A DNA stretch of 64,000 bases from an uncultured beta proteobacterium (GCA_963844255.1 CAWJNP010000035.1:137-64136); one strand, 5' to 3'. Counted from the first letter of the stretch, positions 29,509 to 40,550 are shown. Numbers and translations are program-made. The notes: generated by a model from the sequence alone, not told the origin.

Positions 29509-29726
29509 CTTGGTGGTCTCCTATTTGTGGGATATGCGGCTCGAACCGCCTGACGTGCGCTGGCTTGAACTGTGTTGTGCAACGGAATCCGAATTCGGGA
29601 GAAACGTCATGCCATGCTGCTGGGCATAGGTGAAGAAAGACAGCGCCGCTGCGCTGATGACGAGGTAGATGTGTCTCACCGGAGAGCCCTCATGGCCGGG
29701 CTGCGCGGGTGGCAGGCGCCGCGCGG

Positions 29727-31667
29727 TCAGTCATCATCGTCATCCGATTCGGTTTCCCGTGGGTGATCACTATCGGCCCAGCGGCGGATCTCGAAGGCGC
29801 GCGATCGCCATGCAACGAAAAGCGGCAGCAACAGCAGACCGATTTGCAGCGCCAGCCAGTTGTACCAGGATGGCGATCCCCGTTCGACCCGGAGCCTCGC
29901 TGACACCGCCCGTCGGGCGTCCCTGGGCAGGTCGGTCGATATGTTCAGGAGGTACTTTCCCGCCGGCACCCCCGAGAACACGGCGTCGTCGCTGCGGGTG
30001 CCTTCGCTCCAGGATTCTCCGTCCGTGTAACCGCTGTAATGCGCGAGTTCGCGGTCGCTGCGCCAGGATTTCCCGGTATCGGGATCGACCAGGGTGTAGG
30101 TCAGGCTCATCCAGCCGTTGTCGAGGTCGGTCTCGGTGCGCACCACGACGTTGGTTGCGGCACCCGTGATTTCGAACGGTTGCGTCGTGATGCTTTTTTC
30201 TTCCCCCGGGGAAATTGCGATCCGGTCGCTGTGCACGGTTTGGCTGCGCAGCGCGAAGAACAACTGTACGCACAGTGCAAGCACCGTAAAGATTGCGAAG
30301 TGCTTCCAGACCGTGGCGCCGGTTTCAGCCCAGGGGGAAGGCTGGTTGGACGCAATGTCTTTCGGTTCCGGCAGCCCTGATTTCAGACCGAACGCGACCT
30401 GTATTTCCTGCGGTGTGGCGTACCTTCCGGCCGACCAGCTGAGCTCCTTCTCGGTTCGCTCTGCGCTGATGATTCGCGGGGGTGCGACATAGTCGACCAC
30501 CTTGACTTCATCGCCGACCTTGACCCGCCAGTAGAATTCGCCAAGCACGTGCAGGACCGTCGCATCGTAGGTCTGGAATTCGTCGTAGCGCTCACCATCG
30601 TAGATGACAGCCGAAGTGGCCATCACTGGCGGCTTGTCGGCGGTGCGCACGAAGCTCCAGTGTCCGTCTGACTCGACCAGCCAGCGGTAACCCTCCTTGG
30701 CGTTGAACAGCAGGTACTCGCTCCAGGTGAATCGTATCTGCGGGCCGTCGGTCGACATGCCGCGGCGCATGTGCCCGATGACTTCCCACTTGACCCTGTC
30801 GATGATGCCGGTCGAATTCAGCTCCAGGCGCATCGGAAACGCCTGATTCTCCTGTGCCGTTGCCACCAGCTGAATGGTCTTGTTTCCAGTATCGAGAATC
30901 GAGCGGCATCCGGGGCAGGCGTACGTGAGGATGCTCTTGTTGGAAAGCTTGAAGGGCGCGGCGCACGCCGGGCAGTTCAGGGCTTCGACGCTGATCTTCT
31001 CGGTGATCCCGAATCCGCCGGATCCGGGCTTGTGTCTTTCCGGATCGCGCAGATTTGCAAGTTTCAGGCCGCGCACCTCGGCGCGCTCACCCAGATAGAC
31101 GCGCACCCCGTCATCGGCGTAGTCGAGGGTCGCAAACTCGGTTCCACGGCGCAGATCGACGACCGGCGCGCTGAAGCCGGGGCCTACCGTGAAGGGCAGT
31201 TCACCCTGCCCGGCGATGCAGACGGCATTCTCGATATTACCGACTTCGAACGGCCCCTCGCTGTCGGCCTTGCCCAGATCGATCCGGTCACCTGCCCGGA
31301 TGGCATCGTACGATGGCACACCGCCCGGCGCAGGGACTTCGAAGGTGACATAGAATTCCCCGCCGGCCTCTCCGAGCCAGCCATTGCGCATATCGTCGAA
31401 CAGCAGGTACCACTCGTTCCAGAGGCCTTGTTCGTAGCGCAGCTGGATCCGTCCGATGACGCCGAAATGCACCCCCTTGTGGACGCCTTCGGTTCCTATC
31501 TGGATAAGGGTCGGGTCGTCCTGAAGCTCGGCCATGCGGCCGATGTTTTCAAGCGCCTCACCCTTGCGAACGATCGTCGAAGTGCAGTACTCGCAGACGG
31601 CGATGACCGATGAAGCGGCACGAAACAGGACCGGCGCGCCACAGGACGGACAGCTGCCAGTCTTCAT
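29727..31667 (-). CDS. DUF4178 domain protein with an N-terminal zinc-ribbon (CPSCGAP...CEYC)
   Basis: 646 aa with two Cys pairs at the N-terminus and repeated beta-rich DUF4178-like modules. It has a C-terminal TM segment plus an acidic tail. Confidence 0.7.
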   Translation of the reverse strand: MKTGSCPSCGAPVLFRAASSVIAVCEYCTSTIVRKGEALENIGRMAELQDDPTLIQIGTEGVHKGVHFGVIGRIQLRYEQGLWNEWYLLFDDMRNGWLGEAGGEFYVTFEVPAPGGVPSYDAIRAGDRIDLGKADSEGPFEVGNIENAVCIAGQGELPFTVGPGFSAPVVDLRRGTEFATLDYADDGVRVYLGERAEVRGLKLANLRDPERHKPGSGGFGITEKISVEALNCPACAAPFKLSNKSILTYACPGCRSILDTGNKTIQLVATAQENQAFPMRLELNSTGIIDRVKWEVIGHMRRGMSTDGPQIRFTWSEYLLFNAKEGYRWLVESDGHWSFVRTADKPPVMATSAVIYDGERYDEFQTYDATVLHVLGEFYWRVKVGDEVKVVDYVAPPRIISAERTEKELSWSAGRYATPQEIQVAFGLKSGLPEPKDIASNQPSPWAETGATVWKHFAIFTVLALCVQLFFALRSQTVHSDRIAISPGEEKSITTQPFEITGAATNVVVRTETDLDNGWMSLTYTLVDPDTGKSWRSDRELAHYSGYTDGESWSEGTRSDDAVFSGVPAGKYLLNISTDLPRDARRAVSARLRVERGSPSWYNWLALQIGLLLLPLFVAWRSRAFEIRRWADSDHPRETESDDDDD

Positions 31668-31721
31668 GACATCTTTCCGTTTCCTGCGCGGATTTTTCTG
31701 GGATCCCTGAGTTCGTCCGGT

Positions 31722-32843
31722 TCAGCCGAGCTTCTTCAGCAGTTCGGCCTTCTTTGCGTCGAACTCCTGCTGGGAAAGAATGCCTTTCCCGACCAGGCCG
31801 TGAAGTTTTTCCAGCGTCGCCATGACTTCGTCGGTAGTCGAAGCGGGCGAACTGCCGGCCGCAGCTGCGCCGGCTGCCGCGCCGATGGCTGCACCGGCCG
31901 CCGGACTGCCGGCAGGTGCTGGTGGTTGTCCCCCCGCAGGTGCAGGGGCGGCCGGACCCGGTTGTCCGGGCTGCATCGCCGCCATGGCGCCTGCCATGCC
32001 GGCAGCCATCTGGCCGCCGATTCCGACACCCGCCGCGAGGCTGGCGCCGATACCGGCCAGGCCACCCTGATTGGCTGCAGCGATCGGGATTGCATTGGCC
32101 GTCTGGTATTGCGTGTAGCGGTTCATGTCGCCGAGCATGTTCATGCCGATTCGAGTATCCAGGACCTTCTGGATTTCCTCGGGCAGGGAGATGTTCTCCA
32201 CCACAAGGCTGTCCAGCGTCAGGCCGAGGCGGGTGAACATCGGCTCCATCTGTACCCGGACTGCCTTGGCGAATTCGAGTTGATTGCCGGCCATGTCGAG
32301 AAACGGAACATTGCCCGAGCCGAAGGCGCTGGAGATCGCCGAGATCATGGTGTTTCGCAGCTGCCCGTCGAGATCTTCAACAGTGAATGTGTCGCGCGTG
32401 CCGCTGACTTCCCTGTGGAATGTTTTCGGGTCGGTCAGGCGGTACGAATAGATGCCGAATGCGCGCAGCCTTACCATCCCGAAATCCTTGTCGCGGATCG
32501 TGATCGGGTTCGGCGTGCCCCATTTGCGATCGAGGCGCAGGCGGGTTGAAAAGAAGTAGACGTCGCTCTTGAACGGGGAAGCGAAGAGCTTGTCCCAGTT
32601 CTTCAGGTTGGTCAGCAGCGGCAGGGTCTGCGTGGTCAGCTTGTACAGCCCGGGGCCGAACGCATCCGCCAGGTTGCCTTCGTTGATGAATACCGCCATC
32701 TGGGATTCGCGCACCGTCAGCTGGGCGCCGTTCTGGATCTCGAAATCCTCCATCGGATAGCGGTAGGCGAGGATTTCGTCCCCGTCTTCCGTCCAGTGGA
32801 TGACATCAATAAACTGCTTCTTGATGAAGTCCATCAGCGCCAT
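31722..32843 (-). CDS. SPFH/band-7 domain protein with Gly/Ala/Pro-rich linker and C-terminal SHOCT domain
   Basis: SPFH core, a low-complexity AGxG/PAxPA linker, and a terminal SHOCT motif ILSQQEFDAKKAELLKKLG. Confidence 0.8.
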   Translation of the reverse strand: MALMDFIKKQFIDVIHWTEDGDEILAYRYPMEDFEIQNGAQLTVRESQMAVFINEGNLADAFGPGLYKLTTQTLPLLTNLKNWDKLFASPFKSDVYFFSTRLRLDRKWGTPNPITIRDKDFGMVRLRAFGIYSYRLTDPKTFHREVSGTRDTFTVEDLDGQLRNTMISAISSAFGSGNVPFLDMAGNQLEFAKAVRVQMEPMFTRLGLTLDSLVVENISLPEEIQKVLDTRIGMNMLGDMNRYTQYQTANAIPIAAANQGGLAGIGASLAAGVGIGGQMAAGMAGAMAAMQPGQPGPAAPAPAGGQPPAPAGSPAAGAAIGAAAGAAAAGSSPASTTDEVMATLEKLHGLVGKGILSQQEFDAKKAELLKKLG

Positions 32844-32916
32844 GGCGACCCCCCCCGCATAGACGAAAGAATCAGCCTAGCACAAGCCAATTCAGGTTGC
32901 AGTCGTGGCGTGAGCG

Positions 32917-33591
32917 CTAGAGCAGTCCTCGTTCGGCGAAGGACAGGGTCGATCGACCCGCCACGATAAAGTGGTCAAGCACCTTCACGTCGACCATCGC
33001 GAGCGCCTCCTTCAGCTGGCGCGTAAGCAGTTCGTCGGCCTGGCTCGGCTCGGCCACGCCGCTGGGATGGTTGTGGGCGAATATTACGGCCGCCGCGTTT
33101 GCCTTCAACGCAGCCTTCACGATTTCCCTGGGATAGACGCTGGTCTGAGTCAGGGTGCCGCGGAACAGTTCTTCGGCCGCGATGACGCGATGCTGCGCGT
33201 CGAGGAACAGGCTGACGAATACCTCGTGCTCGCGGGTGCCAAGCGCGAGGCGCAGGTAGTCGCGCACGGCCTGTGGCGAAGTCAGTGCGCTGCGTGCCCT
33301 GATTTCCTCGGCGAGCGAACGCCGTGCAAGTTCCAGCACTGCGACGAGCTGCGCCAGTTTGGCGCTGCCCAGGCCCCGGACCGCACGCAGGGCGGCCTGG
33401 TCTGCAGAAAGGAGTCCGCGCAGACCGCCGAATGCAGACAACAGCTCGCGCGCGAGTTCCACAGCGCTCTTGCCGGGGATTCCGGTGCGCAGGAACAGCG
33501 CGATCAGCTCCGCGTCGGAAAGCACCCCGGCGCCAAGAGCGAGCAGACGTTCGCGCGGCCGCTCGGCGGCCGGCCAGTGTGAAATCGCCAT
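32917..33591 (-). CDS. radC: RadC-family JAB/MPN domain protein (UPF0758)
   Basis: HhH N-terminus and the JAMM motif HNHPSG...D. It starts at the ATG at 33591 (the 502-aa ORF upstream of this is spurious). It is divergent from coaBC as in E. coli. Confidence 0.85.
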   Translation of the reverse strand: MAISHWPAAERPRERLLALGAGVLSDAELIALFLRTGIPGKSAVELARELLSAFGGLRGLLSADQAALRAVRGLGSAKLAQLVAVLELARRSLAEEIRARSALTSPQAVRDYLRLALGTREHEVFVSLFLDAQHRVIAAEELFRGTLTQTSVYPREIVKAALKANAAAVIFAHNHPSGVAEPSQADELLTRQLKEALAMVDVKVLDHFIVAGRSTLSFAERGLL

Positions 33592-33630
33592 GCGGATTTC
33601 TTTCCCGTAGAATGCCCCTCCCGTGTAAAC

Positions 33631-34860
33631 GTGCGCGGCGGAAAACCGATGACAGCGCAGATGACTTCGAATGTCGGAAAACGCGTTCTCCTGGGAATGA
33701 CGGGAGGGGTTGCGGCGTTCAAATCCGCTCATCTGGTACGCCTGCTCGTCAAGTCGGGCTACGACGTGCGGGTCGTGATGACCGAAGCCGCATGCCGGTT
33801 CATCACGCCAGTCACGCTGCAGGCCCTGTCCGGGCAGACGGTATGGACCGACCTGTGGGATGCGCGCATTCCGGACAACATGGGCCACATCGAGCTCTCG
33901 CGCGACCGCGATTTGGTCGTGATCGCCCCTGCGTCGGCGGATTTCATGGCCAAGGTCGTGCACGGTCTTGCAGATGACCTGCTTTCCACGCTGTGCCTTG
34001 CACGCGACTGCCCGCTGATGCTCGCGCCCGCGATGAACCGCCAGATGTGGGACAACGCGGCGACGCAGAGAAACGTCGCCCAACTGCGCAAGGATGGCGT
34101 GCTGTTTGCGGGCCCGGAGGCCGGAGACCAGGCCTGCGGCGAGACCGGAATGGGCCGGATGCTGGAAGCAGAGCAGATCTTCGAGGAGATCGAGGCCTGC
34201 TTTCAGCCGAAAATTCTGGCGGGAAAACGCGTGCTTGTCACCGCCGGTCCGACCCGCGAGCCAATCGATCCGGTGCGCGCGATCACCAATTCGAGTTCCG
34301 GAAAAATGGGCTACGCGGTGGCGCGGGCGGCGCGCGAGGCGGGGGCGCAGGTCACGCTGGTCAGCGGACCGACGGCGCTGGCGACACCCGCGGGCGTGGT
34401 GCGCATCGATGTGGAGAGCGCGCAACAGATGTTCGAGGCCGTCAAGAAGGCGGTCGCCTCCGTCGATATCTTCATTTCAGTGGCGGCCGTCGCGGATTAT
34501 CGCGTCGCCGACCAGTCGAAGCAGAAGATCAAGAAGGGCGAGCGCAAGGTAATGACGCTGGAGCTGGTCGAGAATCCGGACATCCTCGCCCATGTGGCCA
34601 GGCTGGCGAAGCCGCCGTTCTGCGTGGGATTTGCCGCGGAGACCGAAAAGCTCGCGGCACACGCGATGCAGAAGCGCGAAAGGAAGGGCATCCCCCTGCT
34701 CGCGGCCAATCTTGCCCAGCATGCGCTGGGTGCCGACGAAAACGAGCTCACGCTGTTTGATGCGAATGGCGAACACCGGCTAGCGCGCGGTCCCAAGCTG
34801 GGGCAGGCGCGAAGCCTGATCGCTCACATCGCGGCGCTGCTCGCACGCAAGAAACGCTGA
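33631..34860 (+). CDS. coaBC: Bifunctional phosphopantothenoylcysteine decarboxylase/phosphopantothenate-cysteine ligase CoaBC
   Basis: Flavoprotein N-domain ([13 protein letters not shown]) and a CoaB C-domain. The real start is likely the Met at 33649. It shows radC-coaBC-dut synteny. Confidence 0.9.
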   Translation: MRGGKPMTAQMTSNVGKRVLLGMTGGVAAFKSAHLVRLLVKSGYDVRVVMTEAACRFITPVTLQALSGQTVWTDLWDARIPDNMGHIELSRDRDLVVIAPASADFMAKVVHGLADDLLSTLCLARDCPLMLAPAMNRQMWDNAATQRNVAQLRKDGVLFAGPEAGDQACGETGMGRMLEAEQIFEEIEACFQPKILAGKRVLVTAGPTREPIDPVRAITNSSSGKMGYAVARAAREAGAQVTLVSGPTALATPAGVVRIDVESAQQMFEAVKKAVASVDIFISVAAVADYRVADQSKQKIKKGERKVMTLELVENPDILAHVARLAKPPFCVGFAAETEKLAAHAMQKRERKGIPLLAANLAQHALGADENELTLFDANGEHRLARGPKLGQARSLIAHIAALLARKKR

Positions 34861-34862
34861 AC

Positions 34863-35312
34863 GTGCGCCGCCTCGACGTAAAGATCCTCGACGCGCGCCT
34901 CAAGGGCAATCTTCCGGCGTATGGGACACCGGGAGCGGCGGGTCTCGATTTGCGCGCCTGTCTGGAGGACGCGCTGGTACTGCAGCCAGGAGACAGCCAT
35001 CTGGTGCCTGCGGGAATTGCAATCCATATCGGCGATCCGGGTTACGCCGCAGTGATTCTGCCGCGCTCCGGGCTCGGGGCCAAGCATGGCATCGTCCTCG
35101 GCAATCTCACCGGACTGATCGATTCGGACTACCAGGGCCAGATCTTCATATCGCTCTGGAATCGTGGCAAGGCCTCGTTCACGGTCAATCCGATGGAACG
35201 GATTGCGCAGCTCGTCGTCGTCCCGGTCGCACAGGTCGAGTGGAACGTGGTCGATGAGTTCGCGGCCAGCGAACGCGGTAATGGCGGATTCGGCAGCACC
35301 GGAAAGCACTGA
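34863..35312 (+). CDS. dut: dUTP diphosphatase
   Basis: 149 aa, near-colinear with E. coli Dut ([28 protein letters not shown]). GTG start 2 nt after the coaBC stop. Confidence 0.92.
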   Translation: MRRLDVKILDARLKGNLPAYGTPGAAGLDLRACLEDALVLQPGDSHLVPAGIAIHIGDPGYAAVILPRSGLGAKHGIVLGNLTGLIDSDYQGQIFISLWNRGKASFTVNPMERIAQLVVVPVAQVEWNVVDEFAASERGNGGFGSTGKH

Positions 35313-35356
35313 GTGACGTACAGAGTCGCGAGGCCGGCATCGCCCGGCAGATTGGC

Positions 35357-35962
35357 ATGAAGGTCCGTGCCCTTGCAGTGTGGCTGGGTCTGTTGCTGAT
35401 TCCCGCGTCTGCGGTATCCAGCGCCGAGGAGCTCGACCGCGCGAAGGAAATCATTGCAGGCAGGTGCTTTCTCTGCCACGGCATGACGGGCGAGAGTTCG
35501 ACAGAGCTTTATCCGAGACTGGCTGGACAGCATCCACGCTATCTGGAGAAGCAGCTCAAGGATTTTCGCGCCGGACGACGCATTGGCGGCAGCATGGAAA
35601 AGATGGCCGCCGATCTGAACGATGCGGATATCGTTGGACTCGCTGTTTTTTTCAGCATGCAGAGGTCGGGCGCCGTTGTGGCGGCTGACCCTGTGCTCAT
35701 CGCGCCGGGACGCACGCTGTTTCTGGCAGGCAATCCTGGTGCGGGCTGGCCGGCATGCGCGTCCTGCCACGGGGAGAAAGGCGCCGGTACCGAAAATCTG
35801 CCGAGGCTGGCAGGACAGCTCCCCGACTATCTGGTCCGTCAACTCAGGAATTTCAGAAATCGCGTGCGTACCAACGATAACGAAGTGATGCACGCAATCG
35901 CGGAACGTCTGTCTGAAACGGAAATCCAGGCGGTGTCGGCATACCTGAGCGCGCAGGACTAG
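35357..35962 (+). CDS. Dihaem cytochrome c4
   Basis: Signal peptide with two CxxCH motifs (CFLCHG, CASCHG) in a 201-aa protein. Confidence 0.85.
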   Translation: MKVRALAVWLGLLLIPASAVSSAEELDRAKEIIAGRCFLCHGMTGESSTELYPRLAGQHPRYLEKQLKDFRAGRRIGGSMEKMAADLNDADIVGLAVFFSMQRSGAVVAADPVLIAPGRTLFLAGNPGAGWPACASCHGEKGAGTENLPRLAGQLPDYLVRQLRNFRNRVRTNDNEVMHAIAERLSETEIQAVSAYLSAQD

Positions 35963-36000
35963 AGCCGGCCGGCACTGCGCCGGCCGGAGGGGACCTCGGA

Positions 36001-37268
36001 TCAGGTCAAGCTGTCAGCCCAGATGTTTCGCGCCCAACCCCAGGCGAAATCCGCTTCGAGTTGATTGCGTGCCGCCGACACGCCGCCTGCGCCGGCGACC
36101 GGAGCGAGCGTGCGGTCCTTGGCGTTCCATGCGTGAACGGACGAAACACGGATCGCCTCCTTTTCGGCAACGTAGCTGTAGCAGGTATTGAGAATCTTCG
36201 GTTCAGGGTCGGGTTGGCGGCCGTTCAACAATTCGACCACTGCGGCCGCGCAGATCTTGGCATGATTGTTGGCCATGCTGGCCGACTTGGGCATCCCCGG
36301 TCCGGACAGCGTGGCGTCGCCCAGCACGTGGATGCCCTTGGCCGCGGTGGATTCCAGGGACTGCCAGTCGACCGTGCACCAGCGGTTGTTGGCGTTCACG
36401 AGGCCAGACTTCATCGCGATATCGCCGGCGCGTTGCGGCGGGACGACGTTCAGGACGTCACCCTTGACGTCTTCCAGTTCGAGCTTGACGGTCATGGTGC
36501 CGGCATCGATATCGACGGCCCGGCTGTTACCGCGATACTCGATGATGCCCTTGTACAGATCCGCCCAGGCTTTCTTGAACAGAGGGCCTTTGGAGGTCAC
36601 ATCCGGGTTGGCGTCGACGATCAGGACCTTGGAACGCGGCTTGGCCTGCTTGAAGTAGGCAGCCACCATGCTCGCGCGCTCGTACGGTCCCGGCGGGCAG
36701 CGATAAGGCGCAAGCGGGATCGACAGTACGTAGACGCCGCCATCCCGCATGTCCGCCAGTTGCTTGCGCAGCGCCACCGTCTGCGGTCCCGCTTTCCAAG
36801 CGTGCAGCACCTTGCCCGCGCCCATCGCGCTCCGGTAGGCCGGCAGCTGGTCGTACATGAATTCGATGCCGGGTGCGACGATCAGCCTGTCGTATGACAG
36901 GTCTGCGCCCCGCGCCAGGCGGACGATGCGTTTTGTCGCGTCGATCGCCTGCGCCTCGTCATGGACGATCTGTACACCGTGGTTGCGCAGCCCGTCGTAG
37001 CCGTGCGTGATATCGGCCATCTGCTTGTAGCCGGCGAGCACGAGGTTGGAAATCGGGCAGGAGGTGAACGCGCTTTCCCGCTCCACCAGGATGACTTCGA
37101 TGGCAGGATCCCACGAGCGGATGTACTTCGCGGCGGTCGCGCCGCCAAATCCGCCGCCGATCACGACCACGCGCGCCTTGGGTGAGACGGTGGCACAGCC
37201 GGCAGACGCGAAAGTGCGGCCGCCGCGCCAGAGAGTTTGAGAAATTCGCGACGATCAAGTGTTTTCAC
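36001..37268 (-). CDS. fccB: Flavocytochrome c sulfide dehydrogenase flavoprotein subunit (FccB/SoxF-like); Tat signal separated from body by an apparent 1-base homopolymer indel near 37208-37212
   Basis: Body VVVIGGGFGGATAAKY... matches FccB. The Tat leader VKTLDRREFLKLSGAAAAL is encoded from the GTG at 37268 (GGGGA Shine-Dalgarno) in a different frame. Inserting one A in the AAA run gives a contiguous RREFLKLSGAAAALFASAGCATVSPKARVVVIGGG. Confidence 0.8.
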
Positions 37269-37271
37269 GAT

Positions 37272-37587
37272 TGGATCCCCTATTTCTTCTGCGCTGGCGA
37301 AAAACTCGGCGAGCAGGGCGATTTCCTTGTCGGAGTAACCCTTCGAAATCTGGTGCATGACCGTGGCCGGTTTGGCGCCGCTCTTGAACTCGCCGAGCTT
37401 TGCGCACCATGTCCGGCCGTGGCATCCCGGCGAGAGGCTCGGAGCCACCGACGCTGCGGCCATCTGTTCCGTGACAGATTGCGCAGGGGGCAGCGAGATT
37501 GCGGCCCGGCGCTGGCGCGCCGGCTTGGGCGAGTGCGGTGTTGAAAGTGGCAGCGATGGCCACCGCCGCAAGAATTCTAGAATACAT
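37272..37587 (-). CDS. fccA: Flavocytochrome c cytochrome subunit (monohaem c-type, FccA-like); frameshift at a homopolymer near 37393-37399 and 3' end unresolved
   Basis: ATG 37587 with a GGAGGA Shine-Dalgarno. The signal peptide plus CAICHG haem motif are in frame 0. The conserved LGEFKSGAKPATVMHQISKGYSDKEIALLAEFFAS continues in another frame after a ttt/aaa run. No in-frame stop occurs before fccB in the sequence as given. Confidence 0.6.
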
Positions 37588-37758
37588 CGTCGTCTCCTCC
37601 GGTTTCGGACAGTCGGGCGACCGTGCGGACGGAGCAGTCTCCGCTCGGCGGCACGAAACTGTCAAGGTCACGCGGCCTCTGTGCCGGGCGGGCGCCTCCG
37701 TTTCCAGACGAAAAAAAGCCGCGTCGCGCGCGGCCTTTCGGGCAATCGAGAATCAATC

Positions 37759-40020
37759 TCAGGCCACTACGGCGGGCTCTTCCTCGAAGCGCAGTACCAC
37801 CTTGCCTGCATCGTCCACGTCGATGGTGACCTTCCCGCCAGAGGCCAGACGGCCGAAAAGAAGCTCGTCCGCCAGCGCCCGCCGGATGGTGTCCTGGATG
37901 AGGCGGGACATCGGCCGTGCACCCATCAGCGGGTCGAACCCCTTCTTGCCCAGATGCGCCTTGAGTTTCGGCGTAAAGCTCGCCTCGACCTTCTTCTCAT
38001 GCAGCTGTTCTTCGAGCTGGATCAGGAACTTGTCCACCACGCGCATGATGATGTCGTGATCGAGCGCGGCGAACGAAATCGTCGCATCCAGGCGGTTGCG
38101 GAATTCGGGCGTGAACAGGCGTTTGATGGCCTCCATTTCGTCGCCGGCTTCCTTATTGATCGTGAAGCCCATGGTGTTCTTTGTCAGCATTTCGGCGCCG
38201 GCATTGGTGGTCATGACGATCACCACATTTCGGAAATCCGCCTTGCGGCCATTGTTGTCCGTCAGCGTGCCGTGGTCCATCACCTGAAGCAGGATGTTGA
38301 AGATGTCCGGATGCGCTTTCTCGATCTCGTCGAGGAGCAGAACCGAGTACGGCTTCTTGGTGATCTGCTCGGTCAGCAACCCGCCTTGCTCGAAACCGAC
38401 ATAGCCCGGCGGAGCGCCGATCAGGCGCGAAACCGCGTGCCGCTCCATGTACTCTGACATGTCGAAGCGAATCAGCTCGATGCCCAGGCAGTACGCGAGC
38501 TGGCGCGCGACCTCGGTCTTGCCGACGCCGGTGGGACCGCTGAACAGAAAGCTGCCAATCGGCTTTTGCGGGTTGCCAAGACCGGAACGGGCCATCTTGA
38601 TAGCACTTGCGAGTGCCTCGATGGCCTTGTCCTGGCCGAAGACGACTGCCTTGAGGTCGCGGTCGAGTTTGGCCAGCGCGCTGCGGTCGTCGACCGACAC
38701 GCTGCGCGGCGGAATCCGGGCGATCTTGGCGATGATGTCCTCGATCTCGGCCTTGCCGATCACCTTCTTCTGCTTGGATTTCGGCTGGATGCGCTGGGCT
38801 GCGCCGGCCTCGTCGATCACGTCGATCGCCTTGTCCGGCAGGTGGCGATCGGTGATGTGCCGCGCGGACAACTCCGCCGCCGTGGTCAGTGCGACCGCCG
38901 TGTATTTCACGCCATGGTGGGCCTCGAACCGGCTCTTGAGGCCTTTCAGGATCTCGACCGTTTCCTCGACCGAGGGCTCGTTCACGTCAATCTTCTGGAA
39001 ACGCCGCGAAAGCGCGTGATCCTTCTCGAACACGCCGCGGTACTCGGTATAGGTCGTCGCCCCGATGCACTTGAGCTGGCCGTTGGAGAGAACCGGCTTC
39101 AGCAGGTTGGATGCGTCCAGCGTCCCGCCCGATGCCGCCCCGGCGCCGATGACGGTATGGATTTCATCGATGAACAGGATCGCATGGGGATTGTCGACGA
39201 GCTGCTTCAGCACGGCCTTTAGGCGTTGTTCGAAATCACCACGGTACTTTGTCCCGGCGAGCAGCGCACCCATGTCGAGTGAATACACCGTGCTCTTTTC
39301 CAACAGCTCGGGCACGCTGTTCTCCACGATCCGCCGTGCGAGTCCTTCGGCGATCGCAGTCTTGCCCACGCCCGCTTCACCGACCAGCAGCGGGTTGTTC
39401 TTTCGCCGGCGGCAAAGGGTCTGGATGACGCGCTCAACCTCCTTGTCGCGCCCGATCAGGGGATCGATCTTTCCGGCCAGCGCCTGCGCGTTGAGGTTCT
39501 GGGTATAGTTGTCGAGCGGGCTGTTGGATGCGTCGGCCTGCCCTTCCTGTTCGCTTTCCTGCTCGCTCTTGGCGGTCTGCGCCTGCGGCGTCTTGGTGAT
39601 CCCGTGCGAGATGAAGTTGACCACGTCGAGACGCGTGATTCCCTGTTGCTGAAGGAAATAGACGGCGTGGGAATCCTTTTCGCCGAAAATCGCGACCAGG
39701 ACGTTGGCGCCGGTGACCTCCTTCTTGCCCGAAGACTGCACGTGCAGGATGGCGCGCTGGATCACGCGCTGGAAGCCGAGCGTGGGCTGGGTGTCGACTT
39801 CGCGTTCGGTGCCGATCCGGGGTGTCTGCTCCGCAATGTGCTGGGTAAGCTGTTTGCGCAGCTCGTCCAGATTCGCACCGCAGGCGCGAAGAACTTCCGC
39901 CGCCGTCGGGTTGTCCAGCAGGGCGAGCAGCAGGTGCTCGACCGTGATGAACTCGTGGCGCTTCTGACGCGCCTCGACAAACGCCATGTGCAGGCTGACT
40001 TCGAGTTCCTGGGCAATCAT
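37759..40020 (-). CDS. clpA: ATP-dependent Clp protease ATP-binding subunit ClpA
   Basis: 753-aa ORF with an N-domain and two AAA+ modules, each carrying a Walker A (GEAGVGKT, GPTGVGKT). Confidence 0.93.
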   Translation of the reverse strand: MIAQELEVSLHMAFVEARQKRHEFITVEHLLLALLDNPTAAEVLRACGANLDELRKQLTQHIAEQTPRIGTEREVDTQPTLGFQRVIQRAILHVQSSGKKEVTGANVLVAIFGEKDSHAVYFLQQQGITRLDVVNFISHGITKTPQAQTAKSEQESEQEGQADASNSPLDNYTQNLNAQALAGKIDPLIGRDKEVERVIQTLCRRRKNNPLLVGEAGVGKTAIAEGLARRIVENSVPELLEKSTVYSLDMGALLAGTKYRGDFEQRLKAVLKQLVDNPHAILFIDEIHTVIGAGAASGGTLDASNLLKPVLSNGQLKCIGATTYTEYRGVFEKDHALSRRFQKIDVNEPSVEETVEILKGLKSRFEAHHGVKYTAVALTTAAELSARHITDRHLPDKAIDVIDEAGAAQRIQPKSKQKKVIGKAEIEDIIAKIARIPPRSVSVDDRSALAKLDRDLKAVVFGQDKAIEALASAIKMARSGLGNPQKPIGSFLFSGPTGVGKTEVARQLAYCLGIELIRFDMSEYMERHAVSRLIGAPPGYVGFEQGGLLTEQITKKPYSVLLLDEIEKAHPDIFNILLQVMDHGTLTDNNGRKADFRNVVIVMTTNAGAEMLTKNTMGFTINKEAGDEMEAIKRLFTPEFRNRLDATISFAALDHDIIMRVVDKFLIQLEEQLHEKKVEASFTPKLKAHLGKKGFDPLMGARPMSRLIQDTIRRALADELLFGRLASGGKVTIDVDDAGKVVLRFEEEPAVVA

Positions 40021-40326
40021 CTATGTTTCCTCCATCACGCACTGCAGCGGATGCTGATGTATGCGCGCAAAGCCTGCCACCTGCTGAACCTTCGTCGCAG
40101 CAATGTCCTTAGGATACACGCCGCAGACCCCGATGCCTTCGCGATGCACGGCGAGCATCACCTGCGTCGCCCGCTCCCGCGTCATGTCGAAGAACTTCTG
40201 AAGTACCAGCACTACGAACTCCATCGGGGTGTAGTCGTCGTTCAGCAACATGACCTTGTACATCGGCGGCGGCTTGACCCGGGATTTCGCCGCCTTCAGT
40301 AATGTGTCGTCCTTGAACTGCGCCAT
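40021..40326 (-). CDS. clpS: ATP-dependent Clp protease adaptor ClpS
   Basis: 101 aa, [18 protein letters not shown] core. It lies immediately upstream of clpA. Confidence 0.92.
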   Translation of the reverse strand: MAQFKDDTLLKAAKSRVKPPPMYKVMLLNDDYTPMEFVVLVLQKFFDMTRERATQVMLAVHREGIGVCGVYPKDIAATKVQQVAGFARIHQHPLQCVMEET

Positions 40327-40550
40327 GGGCCGCCTGCTCTATATCCGCGCCGTTTTGCCTGCCTTGACCGGACACGCCGTTTCCGCTCCGGTTCCCCCAT
40401 CGAGAAGTGGATCAACGGTAACGGCTTCATCCTAATCAATGTACCCGGGCAGCGCAATGAAATATCTGGGCGGATTTGCGCAATGCAAGACATTGCGGGA
40501 GAGTTCTTTGGGCGGGCTTTTCGCATCGAATTCGCCACATTGGCCGGGTC

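Noticed and set aside
32917-34425. 502-aa extension of the radC ORF
   Set aside because: Only the C-terminal 224 aa (from ATG 33591) is RadC-like. The upstream part overlaps coaBC on the other strand and is junk.
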